From: Abditibacterium sp.
GTDB taxonomy: Bacteria; Armatimonadota; Abditibacteriia; Abditibacteriales; Abditibacteriaceae
Length of the DNA stretch: 64,000 nt
Direction of reading: 5' to 3'
NCBI GenBank assembly: GCA_965246885.1
Contig: OZ251992.1
Location: 2,784,001-2,848,000 of the forward strand
Positions 33,472-41,738 of this stretch are shown here, one piece after another (position 1 is the stretch's first letter; every line of letters starts with the position of its first letter). The position numbers and the translations under genes were made by a program. Under the pieces are notes generated by a model. It worked only from the letters and a program-made list of their open reading frames with translations. It ran no database searches and was not told the DNA's origin.

Positions 33472-34590
33472 ATGAATTCCAAGACCCCACTGCGCGTGTT
33501 TATCCTCGGCGCGGGCCACATTGCGCGCGACCATGCGCGCACGGCGCAGAAGATTGCGTCGCACGAGAACCTCGCGCTTGAACTGCACGTCGCCGACCCC
33601 TTCGAGGCGGCGCGCGCTTCCTTTGCGACGGACTTCCCGGAGGCGACGATGTACGCCAGCGCCGAGGAGATGCTCGCCTTACCCGCGCAAGCGGGCGACA
33701 TCGCGGTCGTGGCGACGCCGCCGTTTTTGCACCGCGCAGGCGCAGTTGCCGCGCTCGAATCGGGGCGCGATACGCTCGTCGAGAAGCCCATCGCGCCCAC
33801 GTTGGAAGATGCCCTCGCCATCCACGAAGCGGCCAAGCGCACTGGCAGGCTGTGGGGCGAATGTTCCATGCGCCTCTACGCCCAGCCCTCCACCCGCGAA
33901 CTGAAAGGCCGCATCGCGGCGGGCGAAATCGGGGTGCCCTACCACGTCCGCCACATCTACAAGGGCGGTTGGGGGCGCCCCGGCATCGAATATCAGCCCG
34001 CCTCGAAGTGGTTTCTCGACAAGGCCAAAGCGGGCGGCGGGATTCTGATGGACTGGGGCGTGTACGACCTTGCCAACCTCGTGTTTCTGCTCGAACCCGT
34101 CAAGATTGAGATCGTGCAAGCGTGGAAGCGCACCCCCGAAACGCCCGCCGACCCGACCGACGTGGTGTTTGATGTCGAAACCCACACGGGCGCCACGATG
34201 CGCTGGACGCTCGCGGACGGGGTTGTCGTCGTGGTGGATTACGAGCGCGCGTCGGGCACGCATGGCAAGGCGGAGCAACTCTCGGAAATCGAGGGCACGC
34301 GCGGCTCCTTCGAGTGGAACTGGGCGTGGAACTACGAGACCACCGGCGTCAAGCGCGCCTACGCCGATGGCAAAACCGCCGAGCAAGATTTGTCCTTCGT
34401 GGACGAAGCCGAGAAAGCGTGGGACATCTCGCAAGGAGAGCGCCCGCTCATCGCCTTCTACCGCGTCACGCGCGGGCACGACGTTCCGGCGCTCGTCGGC
34501 GAAGCGGCGCTGTTCAACTTCAAGGTCTTAATGGCCTTGTTCAAGGCCAGCGAAAGCGGGCGCAGTGTCGTGGTGGAACGCGGGGCGTGA
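33472..34590 (+). CDS. Gfo/Idh/MocA family oxidoreductase
   Basis: ILGAGHIA, ATPPFLH, VEKPIA, GGGILMDWGVY. Confidence 0.92.
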   Translation: MNSKTPLRVFILGAGHIARDHARTAQKIASHENLALELHVADPFEAARASFATDFPEATMYASAEEMLALPAQAGDIAVVATPPFLHRAGAVAALESGRDTLVEKPIAPTLEDALAIHEAAKRTGRLWGECSMRLYAQPSTRELKGRIAAGEIGVPYHVRHIYKGGWGRPGIEYQPASKWFLDKAKAGGGILMDWGVYDLANLVFLLEPVKIEIVQAWKRTPETPADPTDVVFDVETHTGATMRWTLADGVVVVVDYERASGTHGKAEQLSEIEGTRGSFEWNWAWNYETTGVKRAYADGKTAEQDLSFVDEAEKAWDISQGERPLIAFYRVTRGHDVPALVGEAALFNFKVLMALFKASESGRSVVVERGA

Positions 34591-34603
34591 TTGGTCTTTG
34601 ATG

Positions 34604-34743
34604 CCTGTTCCTCCTGTGCCGGGCGACTGAAGTCGCGGCAACACACAGCAAAGTCGGCCTTCGCCGACTGGAAGTGCAGCCTCCGCAGGGAGGCTTTGCC
34701 GTGAGTTGCCGCGACTTCAGTCGCCCGGCACAGGAGGAACAGG
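34604..34743. repeat. REPIN-like element, family B
   Basis: Perfect 39-bp arms 34604-34642 / 34705-34743 containing GCGACT-GA-AGTCGC; inner hairpins AGTCGGC-CTTC-GCCGACT and AGCCTCC-GCAG-GGAGGCT. Confidence 0.92.
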
Positions 34744-35721
34744 AGGCATAGGAGGAACAGGCACAGAAGGAACAGAAGCCTCGGCATCCAACGACCCCAA
34801 TGCTACCCGCGCCGCGTTTTCTTCGGCCAGTTTCTTCGACTTTCCTTCGCCCTCGCCCCTGAACTCCTCGCCCAAAAACACGCGCGACTGGAACCACTGC
34901 ACTTTGGGCGCGGCTTGGGTGGTCTCGTAGCGGGGGATGCCCAGCCCCATCGCTTGCGTGCGTTCTTGCAAGCGGTTCTTGGCGGGGATGAGGGTGGCGG
35001 GGTCTTTGTCGAGTTCTTCGGAGAGGGCGGCGACCACCCAATCGCGTGTGGCCTCCCAACCGTTCGACAGAAAGATGGCGGCGACCAGCGCCTCGAAAGC
35101 ATCGCTCAGGTTGGAATGACGCTCGCGGCCCCCGGCCACATCCTCGCCGCGCCCGAACGTCAGATACTCGCCCAGTTGCAAGCGTTTGGCGGCGTCGGCG
35201 AGGGCGTCCTTGCGCACCGCCGAGATTTTGCGGTTGGTGAGGGCGCCTTCGGGCGAGTTCGGCTCGCGCCGAAAGAAATACTCCGCGCAAATCGCGCCCA
35301 CCAGCGAGTCGCCCAGAAACTCCAAGCGCTGGTTGGACAGAAGCGTCCGCTCAATGCCCTCCCCAACCGCCGAAGGATGCGTCATGGCGAGCGCGAGCAG
35401 TTCGTCGGTGACATGGGCGCCTAAACGAGCACGCAACTCCGCTAATGGACGGGTAAAAGTCGCGGGATGCGGCGGTTCGCCAGCCGTTGAGGACGACTTC
35501 TCAGCGACTGAGAAGTTCTTCTCAACCGTTGAGAAGCCGCCCCCAGTCGTCGGGAGGAAGTTCTCAGCCGTTGAGAAGGATGTCTCAGCCGCTGGCGGGG
35601 AGCCGTCAGTCGCTGAGAAGTCGCCGCCAACGACTGGCGGGTGCCCGCCAACGACTGACTGGCGCCCGTCAGCGACTGACGGGGTAGATTCGGCGGGCGC
35701 CGCGTCGCTTACTCGCTCCAT
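34717..35721 (-). CDS. rnc: Ribonuclease III with repeat-derived N- and C-terminal extensions
   Basis: NQRLEFLGDS, SDAFEALVAAIFL, dsRBD (AKNRLQE...GEGKSKKLAEENAA); start uncertain. Confidence 0.93.
   Translation of the reverse strand: MERVSDAAPAESTPSVADGRQSVVGGHPPVVGGDFSATDGSPPAAETSFSTAENFLPTTGGGFSTVEKNFSVAEKSSSTAGEPPHPATFTRPLAELRARLGAHVTDELLALAMTHPSAVGEGIERTLLSNQRLEFLGDSLVGAICAEYFFRREPNSPEGALTNRKISAVRKDALADAAKRLQLGEYLTFGRGEDVAGGRERHSNLSDAFEALVAAIFLSNGWEATRDWVVAALSEELDKDPATLIPAKNRLQERTQAMGLGIPRYETTQAAPKVQWFQSRVFLGEEFRGEGEGKSKKLAEENAARVALGSLDAEASVPSVPVPPMPPVPPVPGD
35477..35686. repeat. 21-nt period array of palindromic units
   Basis: Ten units, e.g. TTCTCAG-CGA-CTGAGAA, TTCTCAA-CCG-TTGAGAA, CCGTCAG-CGA-CTGACGG. 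Confidence 0.9.
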
Positions 35722-36950
35722 TTCTTGAAAATCAGCGCGGCGTAGTGCCCGCCGAAGCCGGTCGCGTTGTTGAGGGCGACCGTGATATCCGCGCGGCGCG
35801 AAGCGTTGGGGACATAATCGAGGTCACATTCCGGGTCGGCGTTGAATTGGTTGATGGTGGGCGGCACGATGCCCGTTTCGAGGGCTTTGATGCACGCGAT
35901 GGACTCGACCGCGCTACCGCCGCCGAGCAAGTGACCGATTTGCGACTTGGTCGAGCTAACGGGGATTTTGTAAGCGCGTTCGCCGAAAACTTCCTTGAGG
36001 GCGCGCGTTTCAACGGGGTCGTTGGTGGGCGTCGAAGTGCCGTGCGCGTTGACGTAATCCACGTCGAGGTGCGAAATGCCAGATTTTTGAATCGCCAACT
36101 CCATCGCTTTCGCGTAGCCGCTCCCATCCTCGCGCATCCCGGTCATGTGATAAGCGTCGCCCGCCCATCCGTGACCGAGCATTTCGGCGTAAATCTTCGC
36201 GCCGCGCGCTCTGGCAGAACTCAGAGATTCGAGAATCAGCGTCCCGGCGCCCTCGCCCATCACGAAGCCGTCGCGGTCGCGGTCGAAGGGACGCGAGGCG
36301 GTCAGGTAGTCGTCGTTGCGGCGCGACAGGGCGCGCATGTTGCCGAACCCCGCGAGGCCGCAATTAGAAATCGGCGCTTCCGTGCCGCCCGCGATCATGG
36401 CGTCCGCTTCGCCGCGCGCCACGAAATCGAACGCGAGGCCGATGGCGTGCGCCGAACTGGTGCAAGCCGACACGACGGCGGTGTTCGGGCCGCGCGCACC
36501 GGTGCGAATCGAGACGTGCCCCGCCGCCATGTTGACGATCATCATCGGAATCAGAAACGCCGACACGCGGTCGGGGCCGCCCTTGAGGAACTTTTCGTGC
36601 TCGGTTTCCCACGTCCGCAGGCCGCCGACGCCGCAGCCGATGATGACGCCCACGCGGTCGCGGTTGGATTCGTCAATGACGAGGCGCGAGTCCGCCAGCG
36701 CCTCATCGGACGCGACCGACGCGAACTGCACGAAGCGATCCATGCGCTTGGCTTCGCGCTTTTCGATGTGGTTGTGGGGGTCGAACTCGGTAATTTCGCC
36801 CGCGAAGCGCACGACATGGGGCGCCGCGTCCACGAGCGTGACGGGCTTCACGCCGTTGCGCGCCTCGACCACGCCGCTCCAAAACGACGGCACGTCGAGG
36901 CCAATGGGCGTGACGGCCCCCAATCCAGTGACGACTACTCTTTCCATCAT
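35709..36950 (-). CDS. fabF: Beta-ketoacyl-ACP synthase II
   Basis: RVVVTGLGAVTPIG, SACTSSAHAIG, NAHGTST, KSQIGHLLG. Confidence 0.97.
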   Translation of the reverse strand: MMERVVVTGLGAVTPIGLDVPSFWSGVVEARNGVKPVTLVDAAPHVVRFAGEITEFDPHNHIEKREAKRMDRFVQFASVASDEALADSRLVIDESNRDRVGVIIGCGVGGLRTWETEHEKFLKGGPDRVSAFLIPMMIVNMAAGHVSIRTGARGPNTAVVSACTSSAHAIGLAFDFVARGEADAMIAGGTEAPISNCGLAGFGNMRALSRRNDDYLTASRPFDRDRDGFVMGEGAGTLILESLSSARARGAKIYAEMLGHGWAGDAYHMTGMREDGSGYAKAMELAIQKSGISHLDVDYVNAHGTSTPTNDPVETRALKEVFGERAYKIPVSSTKSQIGHLLGGGSAVESIACIKALETGIVPPTINQFNADPECDLDYVPNASRRADITVALNNATGFGGHYAALIFKKWSE

Positions 36951-36954
36951 TTAA

Positions 36955-37046
36955 AATGCGGAAGGCGGAAACCGGAACGCGGAAGAAGAGAGCCGAAGCG
37001 TTGGCCGCTTGCGTTTCTTCCTTTTCCGCGTTCCGGTTTCCGCCTT
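36955..37046. repeat. Inverted heptamer array between acpP and fabF
   Basis: AAGGCGGAAACCGGAACGCGGAA (36962-36984) perfectly complementary to 37024-37046; 7-nt period. Confidence 0.85.
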
Positions 37047-37049
37047 GGG

Positions 37050-37289
37050 TTACGCTCCGGTTTTGCCTTCGATGTAAGTGACGGCATCGCCGACGGTGGC
37101 GATTTTCTCGGCGTCTTCGTCGGGGATTTCGATCTCGAACTCCTCTTCAAAGCGCATCACCAGTTCCACGACATCGAGCGAATCGGCGCCCAAATCTTCA
37201 ACGAAGCGGGCTTGATTGGTCACGATGCTCTCATCCGCCGACAGTTCGTCGGCCACAATTTCTTTGACTTTATCAGCAACAGCAGCCAT
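37050..37289 (-). CDS. acpP: Acyl carrier protein
   Basis: [26 protein letters not shown]. Confidence 0.97.
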   Translation of the reverse strand: MAAVADKVKEIVADELSADESIVTNQARFVEDLGADSLDVVELVMRFEEEFEIEIPDEDAEKIATVGDAVTYIEGKTGA

Positions 37290-37385
37290 AATTTTTGGTT
37301 TTCTCCACCCACGCTCGCGGCCAGAGCCGCAATTTGTGTGCGCCTTTACTTTACCGTGCGGGCGCGACAAGTTCAACTCCCCCCG

Positions 37386-38123
37386 TCAATCCATCACCAA
37401 TCCTCCGTCCACATTGAACGTTTGGCCAGTAATGTAACGCGCCTTATCCGATGCCAAAAACAGTGCCAACTCCGCCACGTCCTCGGCCTGGCCCAGCGTT
37501 CCAAGCGGGATTAGTTCCAACAGCGCCGCTTTCGCTTCCTCGCTCATCTCATGCGTCATGTCAGTCACGATAAACCCCGGCGCGATGGCGTTCACCGTGA
37601 TGGCGCGCGAGCCGAACTCTTTCGCCAGCGACTTGGTTAGCCCTAAAAGTCCAGCTTTAGACGCCGCGTAGTTCGCCTGTCCCGCGTTGCCCATCTGCCC
37701 GATGACGCTCGAAATGTTAATAATGCGCCCACCCGCGTCGTTCTTGAGCATGGGCCGCGCCGCCGCTTTGGTGCAATAGAACGCGCCCGACAGGTTGACA
37801 TCCAGCACTTCGCGCCACTGCTCCAACTTCATGCGAATCAGCAAGTTATCGTGGGTGATTCCGGCGTTGTTGACCAGAATATCCAGCCCGCCCATCTCCT
37901 TGACCGCGTTCTTCACGCCAATTTCGACCGCTTCGGCGTCGGACACATCAAGCGCCAGCGCCAACGCCCGCCGCCCCAAGCCGCGTATCTCGTCGGCCAG
38001 TTCGTCCGGCGCCGTACGCGCCACCAAAATACAATCCGCGCCATTCTGGGCAAATTTCAAGGCGATAGCCCGCCCGATGCCGCGCCGTGCGCCAGTGATG
38101 AATGCAATTTTTCCTTCCAACAT
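37386..38123 (-). CDS. fabG: 3-oxoacyl-ACP reductase
   Basis: TGARRGIG, NNAGIT, GQANYAASKAG; fab cluster context. Confidence 0.95.
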   Translation of the reverse strand: MLEGKIAFITGARRGIGRAIALKFAQNGADCILVARTAPDELADEIRGLGRRALALALDVSDAEAVEIGVKNAVKEMGGLDILVNNAGITHDNLLIRMKLEQWREVLDVNLSGAFYCTKAAARPMLKNDAGGRIINISSVIGQMGNAGQANYAASKAGLLGLTKSLAKEFGSRAITVNAIAPGFIVTDMTHEMSEEAKAALLELIPLGTLGQAEDVAELALFLASDKARYITGQTFNVDGGLVMD

Positions 38124-38156
38124 TAGCAGCGCAGTTAATCAAATCCGCGCGGGCGC

Positions 38157-39044
38157 TCAGGCGTTTTCGGTCGCCACGCCCTTGTGGATCCGCTTGACCA
38201 AGCCCGTCAAAACGTTGCCCGGCCCCAATTCGACGAACTGGGCGGCGCCGTCGGCAATCATGGTTTCGATGGTTTGGCTCCATCGGACGGCTCCCGTCAT
38301 TTGGGGGATAAGCGCGGCTTGGAGGTCGGCGGCGGCGGTGGTGGCGCGGGCGGTGGTGTTCGGATAAAGCGGCTGGCGGGCGTTTTGGAAGGGGGCGGCT
38401 TGGATTAAGTCGGCCATCTCTTCGCCTGCCTGCGCCATAAGCGGCGAATGGAAGGCGCCCGATACGGGCAAGCGGACGGCGAGTTTGGCGCCGCTCGCTT
38501 TGGCGACTCGCATGGCGGCTTCGACGGCCTTTATCTCGCCCGACACGACGACTTGGCCGGGGGAATTGTAGTTCGCGGCGACGACGATGCCACTCGCTCC
38601 CGCTTCAGCAAGCACGGCGTCTAACCGTTCGTCGGGCAGGCCAATGAGCGCCGCCATTGCGCCCTGTGGGGCGACGCTCATCAATTCGGCGCGGCGCTTG
38701 ACTAAGCGGAGCGCGTCCTCGAACTCCAAGGCGCCCGCCGCGACCAAGGCCGTATACTCGCCGAGCGAGTGCCCCGCGACCATGTCAGCGGCGCGATTTT
38801 CTTCGCACGCGCGGAGGAAATGCAGGTAGCCGACCGTCAAAAGCGCGGGTTGGGCATAAAGCGTGTTTTTCAACTCCTCTTCGGGGCCGTTGAAACAAAG
38901 CGCGCGCAGGTCGTAGCCCAAAGTGGCATTGGCCAGCGACCAGACGGCATCGGCGACGCCGCCCAAACGGGCGGTAACTTCCTCGCCCATGCCGACCTTT
39001 TGCGAGCCTTGGCCGGGGAAAACGAAAGCGGTGAGTGGGTTCAT
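38157..39044 (-). CDS. fabD: Malonyl-CoA:ACP transacylase
   Basis: FPGQGSQ, GHSLGEY, SGAFHS. Confidence 0.96.
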   Translation of the reverse strand: MNPLTAFVFPGQGSQKVGMGEEVTARLGGVADAVWSLANATLGYDLRALCFNGPEEELKNTLYAQPALLTVGYLHFLRACEENRAADMVAGHSLGEYTALVAAGALEFEDALRLVKRRAELMSVAPQGAMAALIGLPDERLDAVLAEAGASGIVVAANYNSPGQVVVSGEIKAVEAAMRVAKASGAKLAVRLPVSGAFHSPLMAQAGEEMADLIQAAPFQNARQPLYPNTTARATTAAADLQAALIPQMTGAVRWSQTIETMIADGAAQFVELGPGNVLTGLVKRIHKGVATENA

Positions 39045-39602
39045 TTACGGTTTGTGGGCGATGACGACGTAATGATATGGCCCGGCATCGCCGGTAGTTT
39101 GGACAGTGAATCCGGCGGCGCGTAGCCACTCGCGCGCGGTTTGCGGCTCGATGCGGCGGGTGTTGGGCGGGCCGGGCTGCGATTCCTCGTCGGCCCAGTT
39201 CCATTCGACAACGACGATGCGCCCGCCGCCCTTCAGGACGCGAAACGCTTCGCGCAGATGCAGTTCGGGCGATTCGCACTCGTGCAAGACGTTGGCGTGA
39301 AAGACAACGTCCACTTCGCCGTCGTCCAGTTCAAAAGTATTCTCGCCGCAGGGGAGGGTCAGGATGCGCTCGTGGTTGCCGCGCTTGGATTCGAGGATTT
39401 GCAGCATCGCGGGCACCTTGTCGAGCGCATACACCATGCCTCTGGGCCGCGCGGCGCGTTCAAGTTCAAAGGAAAACCAGCCCGTGCCGCAACCGATTTC
39501 GGCGATGCGCGCGCCCGCGCGGATGCCCGCCGCCGCCACGATGTCGGTCGGGTTGTTCCACTTAAGCCGCTCGCTGTTATCTAAAAATTCAACTGAGTTC
39601 AT
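39045..39602 (-). CDS. Class I SAM-dependent methyltransferase
   Basis: AEIGCGTGWF, VYALD, LHE, RVLKGGGRIVVVEW. Confidence 0.88.
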   Translation of the reverse strand: MNSVEFLDNSERLKWNNPTDIVAAAGIRAGARIAEIGCGTGWFSFELERAARPRGMVYALDKVPAMLQILESKRGNHERILTLPCGENTFELDDGEVDVVFHANVLHECESPELHLREAFRVLKGGGRIVVVEWNWADEESQPGPPNTRRIEPQTAREWLRAAGFTVQTTGDAGPYHYVVIAHKP

Positions 39603-39669
39603 AATGTCTGTCCCCACGTTTTGGACAACGGGCACTGGGGCGCGCGAGAAAGTGACGCGTCCGCCGCCC

Positions 39670-39774
39670 TGTGTCACTCATCGGCGCGCCTGTGTCGTCC
39701 GTCGGCGCGCCTGTGTCACTCATCGGCGCGCCTGTGTCACCCGTCGGCGCGGCCCCGTCACTCGTCGGCGCGCT
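39670..39774. repeat. 21-nt period tandem array
   Basis: Five units near TGTGTCACTCATCGGCGCGCC. Confidence 0.92.
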
Positions 39775-39800
39775 TATGTAATCGAGTGGCAGAGAGAAGT

Positions 39801-40814
39801 TTATGCCCACCGCAACACGGCACTCGCCCACGTGAGTCCGGCGCCAAAGCCAACTAAAACCACCGTGTCGCCGCTTGCCATCCGGTTTTGCTCTTTAGCT
39901 TCGGAAAGCGCGATAGGAATAGTGGCGGCACTCGTATTGCCATACTTTTGCAAGTTGACGAAGACTTTGCTCATCGGTAGTTTCAACCGCTTGGCGGCGC
40001 TTTCAATGATGCGGATGTTCGCTTGATGGGGCACCAAGAGGTCTACATCGTCCCCGCTCAGGCCGCAACTTTCCAACGCGCGGATGGCGCTTTCACCCAT
40101 TTGTTCGACGGCGAATTTATACACTTCGCGCCCACTTTGGAATATCTTGGCGTTGTTGTGTTCGTCGGGCATCATGGCGCAGGTGAGCAATTTGCCGCCA
40201 CTGCCATCAGCGCCGAGGTCGAAACCGATCATGCCGAAATCGTCTTGTGTCGCGGACACAACGGCAGCCCCCGCGCCGTCTCCAAACAAGATGCAAGTGT
40301 TTCTATCCGTCCAATCCACGCGGCGCGACATGACTTCTCCGCCAATCACTAAAACATTCTTCATGGCGCCCGAAGCAATGAACTGCGACGCGATAATAAG
40401 TGCATACACGAAGCCGGAGCAGGCCGCTTCGAGGTCGAAGGCGCCGCAGCGCGCGCCCAAAGCGTTCTGCACTTGCGCGGCGGTGGAGGGAAACAGGTTG
40501 TCGGGCGTGCAGGTCGCCACGATAATCAGGTCAACATCCAAGGCGCTCAGTCCCGCGTCAAAAAGCGCGTTGCGCGCGGCATCGGTGCACAGGTCAACGA
40601 GGGTTTCGTCGTCGCGCACCAAGCGGCGCTCGCGGATGCCGGTGCGGTCAAAGATCCATTGGTCGCTGGTATCCACCATTTTTTCGAGGTCGGCGTTGCG
40701 AAGCACGCGGTCGGGGACGCGGTGACCCAGACCGGAAATTCCGGCCCGAACGGACGGTTTGAGCGCGACATGGCCGTTGGAGTGAGCGGCGGCGGCGGGA
40801 CTAAGAAGATTCAT
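39801..40814 (-). CDS. fabH: 3-oxoacyl-ACP synthase III
   Basis: DTSDQWIFDRTGIRERR, AACSGF, PHQANIRI, YGNTSAA, GFGAGLTW. Confidence 0.97.
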   Translation of the reverse strand: MNLLSPAAAAHSNGHVALKPSVRAGISGLGHRVPDRVLRNADLEKMVDTSDQWIFDRTGIRERRLVRDDETLVDLCTDAARNALFDAGLSALDVDLIIVATCTPDNLFPSTAAQVQNALGARCGAFDLEAACSGFVYALIIASQFIASGAMKNVLVIGGEVMSRRVDWTDRNTCILFGDGAGAAVVSATQDDFGMIGFDLGADGSGGKLLTCAMMPDEHNNAKIFQSGREVYKFAVEQMGESAIRALESCGLSGDDVDLLVPHQANIRIIESAAKRLKLPMSKVFVNLQKYGNTSAATIPIALSEAKEQNRMASGDTVVLVGFGAGLTWASAVLRWA

Positions 40815-41003
40815 GCGACGCGCCGAGTATGGACACCCGCGCCCATAGGTGGCAAATGGACGCGCGTACGAAGAACTTTGTGTTAGGAGCGGCGCGCGAT
40901 AAAAGGTTTATCCGCACGACTTACCACCTTCTACTTGCGAACTTGCGGAGATTCTCTTAAAATCAAAGGCGTTCACAAAGAATAGTCCCAACGAACAAAC
41001 ACT

Positions 41004-41660
41004 ATGCGTTTCTACCATCGCCGCCAATTCGAGCGCTATCAACGTTGTCTCGGCTTCATCGCGCAACATCAAAAAGAGTTTGGCCCCAAATCGCAGGTCA
41101 GCAAACTGAAAGACCAACTCCAAGGTGTTGTGGACGAACTTTCCAAATCGTCGGAGGGCGCGCCCAAAGCGCCGCGCTCCACCAATTCGCAAAAGCAAAA
41201 AGCCAATAACGAATTGCGCGGCGCGCTCAACCGCATTGCCCGCACCGCTAACGCCATCGCTAAACACGATTCCGGTTTTAAAAACACCTTTCATCTACCC
41301 GACAAACGCCGCAAGAACGAACTCGCCGACGCCGCGCGCAAGTTTTTGAAGGATGGCGAACGGGCCAAAGCCGCTTTCGAGTCGTTCGACCTACGCGAAG
41401 ATTTCCTCGAAGATTTAAAAGCCAAGCTCGACGCCTACGAAGCCGCGCAAGGTTCCGTTAAAACAGTCGCCAAAGTCAAGGCCAATCCCGAAGGCGATAG
41501 TGCGGTCGTAGCCAAGGGCACCCAGATCATGGAATCGCTCGATACCTTGGTCGAAAACAAATTCCACAACGACGACGCCATGCTCGGCGCATGGCAAGAA
41601 GCCTCGCAAGTCAAAAAAGTCAAGCGCGGCTCCCGTAAGAAGAAAGCTGACGGCGAGTAA
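41004..41660 (+). CDS. Hypothetical basic all-helical protein
   Basis: 218 aa clean ORF, A-rich leader, Lys-rich tail, followed by hairpin. Confidence 0.8.
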   Translation: MRFYHRRQFERYQRCLGFIAQHQKEFGPKSQVSKLKDQLQGVVDELSKSSEGAPKAPRSTNSQKQKANNELRGALNRIARTANAIAKHDSGFKNTFHLPDKRRKNELADAARKFLKDGERAKAAFESFDLREDFLEDLKAKLDAYEAAQGSVKTVAKVKANPEGDSAVVAKGTQIMESLDTLVENKFHNDDAMLGAWQEASQVKKVKRGSRKKKADGE

Positions 41661-41680
41661 ACAGTTGTTTCCCGCCATCC

Positions 41681-41713
41681 CAACAGCCGCCGCGAATTTC
41701 GCGGCGGCTGTTG
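41681..41713. terminator. Hairpin between convergent genes
   Basis: CAACAGCCGCCGCGAA-T-TTCGCGGCGGCTGTTG. Confidence 0.7.
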
Positions 41714-41738
41714 CGTCTTGCCCTACTCGCCTTGCCTC

